Below the pieces are notes generated by a model. That model did not search any database. It was not told the DNA's origin and worked only from the letters and a program-made list of their open reading frames with translations. A DNA stretch of 64,000 nt from Azolla caroliniana. Its lineage: Eukaryota > Plantae > Polypodiophyta. Each line of letters opens with the position of its first letter. Positions within the stretch are counted from its first letter, which is position 1. The position numbers and the translations under genes are program-made. This document shows, piece by piece, positions 1 to 12,616 of the stretch. The DNA lies in assembly GCA_043228905.1 (NCBI GenBank), contig JBHGNT010000010.1:18724001-18788000 (forward strand), in the 5' to 3' direction.

Positions 1-1249
1 ACTAATTATGACTCTCCATATGAAATAGTGTTGCACGAAAATGGGAAATGGGAGAGCCAACCATGTTGAGATATATTGTCAACACCTTGCATTTGACTTA
101 CATACATTCCACACCTTTTCTGCTTTAGGTGAAAGCCAAGATACTGATGCCATTGCATGTTGTTGCCTCTCTTCTATGTACTTTTCCATGTGATATATAC
201 ATACATCACATTGTTCATTATAGTTTACGAGGGCATCCCTTCACATGCCTCTCATCCATTCTTGGATTTTTTTTTCGCTTAGTTGCCCTTTAAAAACTTG
301 GTTTTTCTATCATGTTTTCTTCACACGAAGAAACTTCAAAGTTAGGGGATCTCCCTAGTTGGACACATATATGCATATATGTATGTTCTCTTTACTCATG
401 ATTGAGTTCTCTATTGTCTTTATTGCAATACCTTAAAACTAGGGGACACATGCTTACATTCTTAAATGTATTTTTACGCATTGTACTTACGTATCATAAA
501 ACCTTGCAACTATAACCAAATTTATGTCTCCATTATGGAAAAGGGAGAAATTGCTAAGTTGACACATGTGGTTTTGTGGAATTGGTTGGTAACATCGAAC
601 ACACATCTTAAAGCTTAGCTGAAGTTGTGCTTCCTCACCCAAATCATGTGGGGGGGCTTGGTCAAGCGACATGGGTAGAAATAGTCATCAACCGTTCCTA
701 TGCTAACTAATGATCCCATTATCACTAAGACAAACTCCACTAATTTCCGTTATAACGATAATTTAGCTAATAGATTACTTGTTTTATCTAAGAACTTATC
801 TAAACACTCAAGTGGCAAGAAAGAACATAAATAGAATAATTACAACTCTATTCATTAATTTACCCAACTTCATACAAGTGATTAGCATAAGGCTTAGAGC
901 AAAATCCTTAAAACTAATTGTATGTGCCCTTGAATCGTGAGAGAGAGGGGTGATGGAGCACCTCAAGCCTCGAGTGGAAAAAAGTGAGAAAAGCCAAAGA
1001 GTTGGTTTTCATATTTCCCTTGCAATTAAATACTTTTGTCGTTGTCCCCTTTCACATTAGGGGAAACAATACCCTTTTCTATGCTCTCTCTCTCTCTCTA
1101 TCATGCGAGGAGACTCGTTGCATACGCATATTTGGCCTTGAGAACTTCCGGAATGTAACATTGCATCTGGCCACATTCAAGTTTAATTTCCACACATTGT
1201 CAATTTGGTCTACTTCCTATAGAAATTCCTCTCACAATCACAATGAGCA

Positions 1250-4200
1250 CTCTTGATTGCAACTTTTATCATTAAACTTCTTTTCGAAGTTGAGAGTCAC
1301 TTCTCTAAAATCTAGATATATTGTTTCACTTTTGGTTCCATCTGTCATATTTGACCTCCAAGGATGATAATAAAATCAATCAATCTCTTCTTGATGATGC
1401 CAATGTGTATGTTGATGAAGTGTATGGCAAGTACTTAATACAAACGAAAGCAAGTCATTTCTCATACTCCAATTGAGCCATAGCACCAAGATAAAGCCAT
1501 GTTGAATCCCGACACCTTTATAACTCTCTCATCCATCTACATATGTCTCCCAATGATCTTATAGTAAACATCATTTGTTGATATTTTTGGAAGACTCCCA
1601 TTCCCAACAAATGTTCAATCAAGCTCTTATGATCCTTCATCCAATTCTAGGGTTGGACCTTGCAATAGCCCTAAACCTTGAGCCTTATCTTGAATATGAT
1701 TATATCTTTTTGTAATAGCAAATGTCGACCTTCTTATTCTAAACATCACGAATCGTTTTGCTTGACCAACTTGGCATCTTGCATTGTTAAAAATCCTAAT
1801 GGAGCCACCCAATATAATTGAAGATAAAAGAGCCTCCTTCCATATCATCTAACTGTGGTGTTGCCAAAACCTCAAATTGCAAAGCATTAGCACACATCCT
1901 CCCTTGATAAATTTTAACACTCTACCAAATTGCTACTGTCATTGTGTAAGCCACATATCCTCATCGTTTCTTTCTTTAGAAATTCCTAATTTTCAAGAAT
2001 GGAACCAAACTTGTGAACAAGATGATTCTTGGAAGGATCTTAGTTTAAGCCATAGCCTACTAACAACAACTTGGGAACATTTTAGATTAGAGTTCTAAAA
2101 AAATTATGTACTAACTACTTTTGATTGTAATACAACGACAACAAAAATGTTTGCGTGTTTATATTTAACTTTCTTCTAATTAAATATTTTCATTTGTTTT
2201 ATAAATAAACATGGATTGTTACCTTATTGAAGGCTTAATAACATGGTTTTACCTTAGACAAGCTACACTTTCTCAAAGGAACTAAAACACCCAACGTATA
2301 CCCAGTAAAGTTTCCTATTTGATGTCATACTTCAAAGAGACATTGTTGTGGGGGAATTTTGTGGAATTAGTTGGATTCTTGTCAGAAAATTGTAAATCTA
2401 ATGCAAAGGAAGGAAATGTTATTGTCTATAACCTTGGGGTGAAAACTATGCATGTATGTATGTCCATTGTGCAATTTGTAAAGTCAATGTTATCACATTA
2501 CAAACTTGTTTATTTTCTCTTAAGACCTTATGCATAGCATAGGCGAGTCTCCTCCAACCAAACCACCCATCCAACAAGGTTACTGCAAGAGATATGGAGT
2601 GAAGTTGTAGCCACTCTGAAGAGCCAATATGATGGCCTTAAAGGTGGCTCCGAGGGAGTTGAAAGACAACGCATAGCCTTCATCCAACAATGGTCGTCCT
2701 CTCCCTTTCTTGAGTCAGTGGGCTTCCACATTAGATGGAACTATCACGTCCCTTTAGGGATTTGTACATAATCGCCTCATTTGTAAAATTTTATAACTAA
2801 TGGAAGGAGTTTTTTTTTTGGAAAAAAAAAAAAGTCTTTGACTTATTGTCATGTCATTTATAGTGTTAAGGGAGGGTTTCTAGTCTTTTGAGGAGCAATT
2901 ATGTTGCATTTTTACATAACATTCCAAGGAGAAAGATTGTAGTGCCTACACGAGCAATATACTTTTTGTGAATGTAGGTTATTATTCAAGAATCGATAAG
3001 AAATTGAGTGATACAAATATTGATAGATTGAGCAAATCCAACCAAAAAGATGCTCAGATTTATCATTGACATCATGAACGTAAAATTTATTCACTTTATC
3101 ATGAAAGGTGTGGATGATATTTGGGTTCACGGTACAATTTACTCTACCATTTTTATGGGTGAGGGATCGAGGGTTTCTTGTAACTTAGGCCATGTGAATA
3201 TAACATCACATATTATTTTATACTTCAGCTCTTGTGATTACATCCATAAAAGGAGTGCATTGAATAAAAGGATTTGGCCCATATGTAACAGTAGGGAAAA
3301 AAAGAAGACATGTAATCAAATCTCTACAAAAGGCTCACGAGCATAGAACTAGCCTATTATTGTGTGTTGAAGAAGTCTTCAATTGGGTCCACACCATGTT
3401 CCATCTCGTGGAGGAGAAGTTGTAGCCAGAAAGGCAATGCATCGCGTTGTGCTTAGAACATGTAATTTCATTCTATCATATGAAATGTGCTTTAGATATA
3501 AAATATTATTCTACATTATTTGTTATGTGACTTATTACATTGATATCGAGGAATGTCACAACCCATTTTGATGTAATCATGAAACAAAATGTCGTAATTC
3601 ATAGGTCAAAAAGATTAAAGAGGTTGATCATCATCAAAATATTCTTATCAGAATGTTCTTTTCTAAATAAGAGAATGCCTTCCATAGCATGAACACCTCA
3701 TCTTAACATTTGGGCCCCATTCATGATTCAACCAATGTTTTTGAAGTCACAACTTTAAGAGAATTAAGCCAAATACTACTACACCATGGGATGCACGGAG
3801 CATCCAAATTATTAATATATCCCACTTGCACCCACTCTAGTGTGGTTGTCGTTATCTAGTGATTTCTCTCCCTTCTCTTTCTGCATTCTATATCATAAGA
3901 TCGTACATTGGGATTGGGCCTTGCTTTCTTGGTTTACACAACTCAGTTTTCCGAGTACCACCAATTAATGTTGAGCACTTTGTTTAAGATGAAATAAACA
4001 AGCATCTAGACACAAATGCACAAGCTTGAGAGCACATTGGAAATACCATCATTGATCCAATCAAACAAGAAAATATAAATCGGGCACGAGAGATGTGCTC
4101 ATACCATCAGACTATTGTGATTGACATGACTTAAAAGCTTCAAGGCACATGCTCCCCATTTCCAAACACGACATTAGTTTACATTTTTGCCGAGAATCTA

Positions 4201-4800
4201 TTGCCAATTTTCGAATCCAAATGATTTATTTACAAATGCACACATGAAAATATTTATTGATATTGTAATGAGCTCAATGAGTCATTGTTCAACATTTGCT
4301 AGTACAATACACATCAAATCACCTACCATTATATTCCATCGATGTAATGCGAAATAAGTGATGGTGAGTAGTTAGTCAAATCAAGTGAAAAATAAATCAA
4401 CCATATTATGTAACATTGTTTTCCACGTATCTTTACAAATACCACACTCAACCCAATTGAGCTTATGTTGTCCTTTGCATTAAGCATTGCTTGCTTCTTC
4501 TAAAATCTATACCCTCCTCTCTCTACACCTTATGTGGAACTCAATAGTCAAGGCAAGTTATATATTTCTATTCTAAATACAACGTTTAATAGTTTAATGG
4601 GGCACGGTTGGATAACCTTTTCCAAACGATAACGTGCAAGAATTCTCATACATTAAAATTCTTAGGTAATCTTCAAGTCAAGGAAATGAGCATCTGGAAT
4701 AAATTTCATACATAGTCTCTAAGTGGTATGCCTAATAAGAAGTAACCAATTTATATCACAAGATTATATGTCAACAACATTGTTTTATTGCCCCTAACAA
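1250..4800 (-). mobile_element. Highly decayed L1-type LINE ORF2 remnant(s), interrupted; boundaries approximate
   Basis: Broken minus-strand peptides resemble LINE ORF2 motifs: LWLNWSMRND at ~1450-1490 (W.IW..RN motif) and LNINW at ~3960. There is no intact ORF. Confidence 0.3.
2530..2833 (+). mobile_element. LINE 3'-terminal fragment
   Basis: Plus frame reads LQEIWSEVVATLKSQYDGLKG...IAFIQQWSSSPFL...RWNYHVP. The same C-terminal ORF2 signature (IW..L+.QY...F...W...W.Y..P) occurs at 38.1, 55.9 and 57.2 kb. An A-run follows at 2822-2832. Confidence 0.55.
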
Positions 4801-5361
4801 TTTACATTATGCATGAGTGTCATACAAGATTGCAACATAGGTATGAAGTAAATGCTAAGTGAAGTCATAATCCCATAATGAAAAGTCATGACATTTGGTT
4901 TCACACTTCAATTATCCATCGAGATGGAATGTCACAAACAATCCATAAGTGTTTTGGATCTCGCAAAATATCTGAGAGAAAATAAATCCCTTGCATGCAA
5001 TGTATACCCACCAAGTGGTCCAAACAATAATTAGAAGCAATCATGTTAGAAATTCTATACCAAGGCAAAGATTCTGAGTACAATTTGACATATGGATGAT
5101 GAGGTTAAGTAAAGGATTGAACTTTTTAAATTTCAACAGGCAGATAAAAATAATGTCAACATTATAATGTTTAACCTTACCCCTTCGAAATGTGATCGAT
5201 CTACAAAGACAATCATAAGCCCGACCATTCAAGAAACAAATTGTGATGTATTCAGAGATGAATATTTACAAGGAAGCCCGGCCCATTAGGGACAGAGATA
5301 CATAAAGAGAACTCCAAAGAAGAATTCTAAAGATCGTTCACACCAAGACATGCACTGATCA

Positions 5362-6295
5362 TCAATGCACTAACCTATTGAGCTCATCATCAACCTCTGC
5401 AAGAGCAGCCATTATGTAATCCTGCATACCTTCCCATCCATCATTAGCATGACTATATGAACGTTCCCTACGGCTATAGCTATGGCTATGCCGAGAAACG
5501 ATGCCTCTTAGATGGAAACCTCGAGGACAAAAACTGATTGAGCTACCTCCAAGATTGGTAGAAATCTTTCCCTTACTATCTGATCCTTCCAATATGTCCG
5601 CTCGACACAATGGACAGCATCCATGGTTTCTTTTGATCCATGGAGTTATGCAATCAGCGTGGAAACGGTGATGGCACGGAAGTGAAAGCAACTTATCTTT
5701 AGCAATGAAAGTTTCTAGGCATACGGGGCATTCACTTTGATCTGATTCTTCTTTACTTTTCTTCCATAAGTGCATGGGTCGAGTGGGTTTATATACCACT
5801 TTCCGGCACTTTCTCAGGACAGCCAAAGCATTCACATGCTCATGCTCTTGAGTAGTTCGAGCATCCGTTTCTCGGGTATTTGTATTGGATACCATTTCTC
5901 CTGTTGTCATTGTTCTAATTTCCGTGTTATTATTCATCATAAACCGCATATCTGATGAAATTGAACTCCGAAGCCTGTGAAACAAAACTGAGGATCTTAA
6001 ATCTTCCTCATACACATGAAAAAACAATAAGATACCATGAAAAAGAGAAAGGGAGAACACCAAAATACCTATAATCTTTATGAAATTACCAGAAGACCCT
6101 GGGGATCCCTAAACTACAACCAGAATACCCCTATCTACTAGTAAGTTTTGCTCAAAATCAAGGTGTTCATCTAGTATTTTTGGTAACCAAGGAGTGTGAT
6201 AGCATAAATAATATCCAGAAGGTGGAAAGTTGTATTCTACCGTCTGGATTCTCTGCTTGTGAACATGAACTCATCCAGCACAAGATTGAGAACAT
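5362..6295 (-). CDS. RING-H2 (C3H2C3) E3 ubiquitin ligase
   Basis: RING-H2 signature CPVCLETF...LPCHHRFHADCITPW...CPLCR. Main exon is 5974..5362 after the acceptor tttcacag. In-frame upstream exons are predicted at 6108..6090 (19 nt) and 6295/6274..6241, with GT-AG boundaries. An alternative start is ATG 5949. 5'UTR exons probably extend to ~7430 (donor near 7017). Confidence 0.85.
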
Positions 6296-7454
6296 CCATG
6301 GGTAGTATGGGGCGCATTCTTGAGTTCTCCAAGCTCTGAAAGGAAGAAGAAAATGAATGCATAAATCAACATAAAAACCATTCATGACAGGATTTCTCGA
6401 AATCATACTGGCAGAACACATATAACACCATCATCAGTTCCACTCACATGGTACAAGGAATAAGATTCTATATGATTCTCTGGGAACATTACACGAGGGA
6501 ATCTAGAAGAAAATCATTCGTAGATCTTGGCAGCAGGAAATCTAGACAGTGGGAAACAGGTTTTATCTCAAAATTGACTAAACGATGAAAAGGTCTAGAA
6601 AGCAAAGAAATACATACATCTTGGCATCAGTATTTTAACACAGATTACTTTATAAAGAAATTTCAATCAGCCAATCAGTCTAAACACTCATTAAAAATCA
6701 TGACAGATAGAATTTCATGGACAATTAATTATGAGAAATCTATGATTGGTAGAGAGATTTTAAGGAAATACTGAGATTTGAAAGGCAACAAATTATAGAA
6801 AGTCCCGAACCACATCAAACATCCAGAAAAAGCTTGAATATTTTGTTAAAAATATTAACTTGATGGTCAAATCTAGTCACAATGGCTATGGATTCTTATC
6901 ATGAGTATGTAATCCATCTCAGGAAATACATTAAATATGTAAAGACATAAAATAAAAGAAATGATTACCTATACATAAAAAGAGTTTTAATCAAGAAAAA
7001 GGAAACATTGAATCTTACGGTAAACACTTGAGGACCATGAATAAGATGAAGAGACAGTAGAGGCAAAAATAATACGCAAAGTAATCAGGAAACTAAGAAA
7101 TTCAGCAGACGGTGACACAAAAGTACACAGAATTACGGAAGGAAAAATATATATGAGCGCTAGAGAGACAGAGAGGAAGAAGGACGGAAGATTGATTATC
7201 AGACATGGCGAGCGATCGATCATTTCTACTCTTTCGCTGATATGTGATGAAAGAATATAAGATTGGGGGGGGGGGGGGGGGGGGGGGGGGCGCGGGGAGA
7301 GGGACATACTGATGAATTGAAGATGTGGCGATGTCGGAAGCGTGTCCAAAACGAAGGAGATCTGTGTTGAGAAGAAGCCATGGAGAAACTCTGATGATAT
7401 CAGAAAACGCAAGAGAGAGACAGACAGAGGAGTATATGTGTGCCTATGCAGTGT

Positions 7455-8240
7455 TTCTATGTATGTATGTATGTATGTATGTATGTATGGTATGTATGTA
7501 TGTATGTATGTCTTGTCTGTCTGTCTGTATGTATGTATGTATGTGTGTGTATGTATGCATAGTACGTAATATTCGTGTTCGTTTGAAAACGAATACGTAT
7601 GTTATTAAAACATTCTTGTGTTTTTTTTCACTTTTTACCTTAAATTTTTACCTTAATAAATAATGTTTTTCATACTCGAATGATAAGAATGTTCGAGTGT
7701 GCGAATAAACGAATGGTACGTATGCTTCATACTATGAATGTATGTATGTATGGATGGATGGATGTATATGTATGTATGGACGGATGGATGAATGGATGGA
7801 TGTATGTATCAGTATGTATGTATGTATGTATGGATGGATGGATGTATATGTATGTATGGACGGATGGATGAATGGATGGATGTATGTATCAGTATGTATG
7901 TATGTATGTATGGATGGATGGATGGATGGATGGATGGATGGATGGATGGGTGTATGTATGTATGTATGTATGTATGTATGTATGTATGTATGTATGTATG
8001 TATGTATGGATGTATGTATGTATGTATGTATGTATGTATGTATGTATGTATGTATGTATGTATGTATGTATGTATGTATCATGTATGTATGGATGGATGC
8101 ATTGTATGTATGTATGGATGCATGGTTTTTATGTATGTATGTATGCATGCATGCATGTATGTATGTATGTATGCATGCATGCATGTATGTATGTATGTAT
8201 GCATGCATGTATGTATGTATGCATGGGTTGTATGTATGTA
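7455..8240. repeat. Compound (TATG)n/(TGGA)n/(TGCA)n microsatellite
   Basis: Directly visible tetranucleotide runs. They generate the spurious MYVC/IHTY ORFs. Confidence 0.97.
7558..7736. mobile_element. hAT-like MITE (family B) inserted in the TATG microsatellite
   Basis: Termini CATAGTAC...ATACTATG. Flanks tatgtatg/aatgtatg are a possible 8-bp TSD. The body matches the reverse complement of 58151-58423. Confidence 0.6.
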
Positions 8241-10474
8241 GGGGTCCACATTACCGACTCCCGAGTGATGCATATGTATCACATCATCTTGTTGTGTCTA
8301 GAGAGATTAATTTTGCGTTGCAAATGTAAGTCCTTGTGTGGAGCTAGGCTCGCGTATTGGGGCCGGATTATGCCTCAAGTTTGGGTCTTATGATACCCTT
8401 GTGCATGGTGAGTCTTGGGGATAGGATCAAAGTTTGTGTCGAGGTTTAGGTGTGCGATACACTTTTGGGTCAAAGTTTTTGTTTGGGTCTTGGTCTAAAG
8501 TTGTCCTTGTGTCTAAGATCTAGGGTTTGTGTCGTGGTCTAGGTGTGGGGTTGAACATGTGTAAGGCTCATTTGAAAGTTGTGTCTGGTTCTAGGTTACA
8601 CTTTTATTTATCTAATTCTAAGTCTGGTATTGGGTCTTGGCCTAGGATGCACAACGGATCTTTGTGTGCACACCTAGGCCTTGGTCTAAAGTTGTGTCTT
8701 GGACAATATCTAGTTTTTAGTTTTGTTGGCCTAGGTCTATATTTGTATGGGGCTCCTAAATTCTAAATTTGGGTCATCCTTTTGCCTACTCCCATTTGGC
8801 TCTCCATTCATGTGAGGCTCATTGATGTGGAAGCTATGATTTTTGGCTCACATCCAATCTTAGCTATTACTCAATCATATTCTAGTATTGTTTTTTCATA
8901 ACTTGCCTCAATCATAGTGGTCTTGGTCTAGTAAGGTAATTAATTAATTTCAAAGCTATGATTCTAGGTTCACATCATCAAGCATCCATTATTCATCATT
9001 GATCAACAAACCCCAATTGTTAATCAACAAAACTTTGTTTTAGTCTACCTCATGTTTGTACCTACTAGAATTTTTGGATGACCATTGAATAGAATCCAAC
9101 CTTTTCTTGTTCACGTTACTTGCACTTGCTCTTTATCATTTATCATAATTTGAGTTTATATCAAGTAATTATCACGTAATGTTGTTTCTTGTGGTATGTC
9201 AAAAAACACCATGACATATTACTTCTTTATCAAATTTCTACATAGGTTAGAGTAATGAGTGGCTCACTACCTAGTGTGCACTCAACTTTTGTTATTTTGC
9301 TAATCACGTGGTCCTCGTTCATCATTAATCATTATAAAGTTTATAAGCTCAGAGTCATCACCAAAGTTTTACTTCACAAAAGGTCTGGGTAGTTTCAAAG
9401 TACTACTTTAGGTGGTTGCAAATACTTTTAGGTAGTTAGAGAAAAGGTTTAAGTAGACTCTAGAAGACATTTGACTATTTTCTAACATGTGTTGAAGAAG
9501 ACTTTTATATATACTCTAGAAGACCTCACTCTATGTTCAATGATCCAAGAAAAAAGTAATTACAGGTTGGTCAAATGGATGAAGACAAATAAATCCAAGT
9601 TTACTTATCCAACTTTATCGATTCAATTTAATACAAATAGTTTATTGGGGAGAAATATATTTATTTATAAGGAGAAATTTCAATATTCCAAAACTTCACT
9701 ACCCAAGATTCGAATACTTATACCTCCAATTCTACATGTAATTTGCATGCGAGGTAAAGAAAGGTTCCTCACATAGATCATATGACTACCAAGATGTTAG
9801 ATAGGATTCATTCAACATCTTTGGATATCAAGGAACCGATATGGTTAATGTAAATTGTACAAATTTGAGACTACATCACTTACTTAACTTGATGGGCTTC
9901 TAGAAACCTATTGAAGCACTAAATGAGATCGCAATATTAATGAAAACGGTTCCAAAGTCATGAACCTTATGCTGAACAAGAGAGTTGGTAAAATGCGCTA
10001 AGGTGTGGGAGTGGTGGGGGATTGTGGGAAGGGCATTGATGCGATTGCTTGCATGGCAAAGCATGTTATAGAATGGGTAGTGTCATAATACATGTGTTAC
10101 CCGTGGGTTGTAATGGAGGTTTGGAGATCATAGCTCCCCTTTGATTGACAAACAACAATGTAATTAAATGCTAGATGTGCACACAATCACACCTTAATTT
10201 TAGAGTTTGAAGGGATGCTATTTCTTTTTAGATAATTCATTCGCAGTTATCTTAAGAAAACATTATGCACTAAGCATATCCTTGGACATAAGGGAGCAAA
10301 TATATACACTCGTGGCCAAGGATTCATCATAGAATTCCTCTACCAACTCATTAACTTTTTGGGTGGCCAACAACATGCATACAACATCATGTTATAGAGA
10401 TTTCATGTAGTGTCGTGTGATTTATGCTTCCACATATGATGCATGAAACGTGGTGGCCATAGCTCATAGCCATA

Positions 10475-11340
10475 AGAGTTGAGCAACCTCATAAGTTATT
10501 GCGGTTTGGGTTACTTGTAGCTTAGTTCTAATTACTTGTTGTCGAGGTCTTGTTCCCAATAGTTAGGGTGCAATATCATTTGTTGGTCTTTTACTCTTGC
10601 ATTGGCAACGTTGTGAGATATTTTGATTTGGGCGGCCTATACCTTACTTTTGGTGCTTGTTAATTGTTGAATATGTCTTGTTCTAAACATTAGGGGGTTC
10701 CAAACCTTAGTTTTGCTCCTAGTTACTTTTTGTCTAAGTTGAGCAACGTCGTGAGCCATTTTTGTTTGGGTGACATGTACCTTACTTTTGGTGCTAGTTA
10801 ATCGATGTCTGAGGTTTTGTTACAAATAGGTATGGGTTTGTATCATTTGTTGGTCTTTAATTCTTATGTCAACTATTGGTTGAAGTTGAACGTGCAAGCA
10901 TGAGATAACCTTAGGGCCTTGTGCACATTTGGCTCCATTAGTGTATTATTGTAATTGTGATAATCGATGTTAGCTATAGAAGTTCGATAACCTAGTTGGA
11001 CATTGTGGTTTGGGTGTCTTGTAGCTTGCTATTGGTGCTAATTGTTTGAGTTCTTGTTCCCAATGCTTAGGGTGTTGGTGGCATTCAACTCTTGCATTGG
11101 AGTTTATGGAAATTGAGTGCACAAAGCATGTGATTGACTTGGGACCTTGGATATGTCCAACTCGACTAGAGTATCATTGTTGTTGCAATGCTTAATAATT
11201 TCGTTGTACCCATCAACCACAAGAGTTGAGCAACATTGGTTTGGGTGGCATCTAACATAGTTTTGGTTCTAGCACAGTGCTATCTAAGGTCTTGTTCTCA
11301 GCACTAAAGTGTCGTTTGCTTGTTGGTCTTCAACTATTTC
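10475..11340. repeat. Degenerate tandem repeat, period ~125-135 bp
   Basis: Recurring motifs gagcaac...tttgggt...ccttacttttggtgct...tcttgttc..aa and tcatttgttggtcttt at ~10480, 10605, 10740, 11000 and 11230. Confidence 0.6.
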
Positions 11341-12616
11341 ATGGTATTATCATTGTTGTGGCAACAAGATTGTTGACGATGAACTCTTGTGCCTAGAAGT
11401 GATGTGTGCTCTAGATGACCCATATAGATTCTATGAGTCCTCTTAACCTCCATGAACTTCTAGTGTGAATATACTAGTATGATCATATAGAGGGGCTCAC
11501 CCAAGTTCACCAACTATAACATTCAAAATATATTCCTGTTTGAGCAAGTTGCAACTCAGGCACCTTTGAGCAAGAAGTCACATACAAGAAACGAAGACAT
11601 TAAAAGTAGTTTCAAATTTGGTCCTTAGGGTTTATCACGAGTAGCATCCAACAAATGAAGACATTTCTAGGACAAAAAATTAAAGAAAAGTATGAGTCCT
11701 AAATTTCTTCTCTCAAATATCAATGATATGATCTAGCCCTTCATCCACTACTAGAGTGGACTCAAAGGAATCTACAACTCTGCAATACTATCTATCATGT
11801 TACCTTCACCTGGAGGATATATCTTCAATTTACTAACATGAACCACAACATGGATACAACCTCCCACTAGCAAATCTAGCTTATAAGCAACATCACCTAT
11901 CTTATTTATGATCTAAAAGATACACGTGTCATAAAATCTATCAATAGCTTCTCGCGTCTGTGCAACAAAGAGTGATATCAAAGCGTAATGGCTTTGTTTG
12001 ATCAAAATCAAGTTTTTACCGATAATCCTAGATAACGAGTTCTAACCAAAACTAGTTAATCCCTTACTATCAGCTATTTCTACAATATAAGAATAGGGTG
12101 ATGAGTTTATTTGACGTCTCAAGTTCTTGACCATTCTCTAGCTAAGTTATGAGCGGATGCAATGTTGACTTAGACCTTATACTCCAACTCAGTCTCAAGA
12201 AACTGACATCCCCTTTGAGCCTCAAGTGACAAATGGCAATCAAGAAGACTCGAGTCGACCTTCCAATCAGTCACATTCCCCGTTCTAAATTCTAAAAATA
12301 AGTTGGTCAAAGACTCCTCACTTTCTCCTTGATTGAATATGGATGCTAATGTGGCATTAGCCAAAACCTTTATCTTTCTTTTTCTATTTGGACAGTTGAA
12401 AAATAAACAAAGCATATCGGAAAAATAACACTGTAAAATGTACAAACAATTCTTACATCCACATAAGTGAGAACTACAAGCACCTTCAGCTATCTGCAAC
12501 TAACATCAAGGCCACAAAAAACTTCATAGTAAATACCAGATTGCTAATAAAAAGTTGAAGGGTTGCTTGTTCTCCACCTAGAAATCGTCGAACATTGGTT
12601 TGGATAGTTTCAAGTA

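Noticed and set aside
7325-8393. ORFs rich in MYVC/IHTY
   Set aside because: These are translations of the TATG/TGGA microsatellite.
9300-10450. Possible hAT transposase remnant
   Set aside because: Only vague motif resemblance, with no supportable reading frame.
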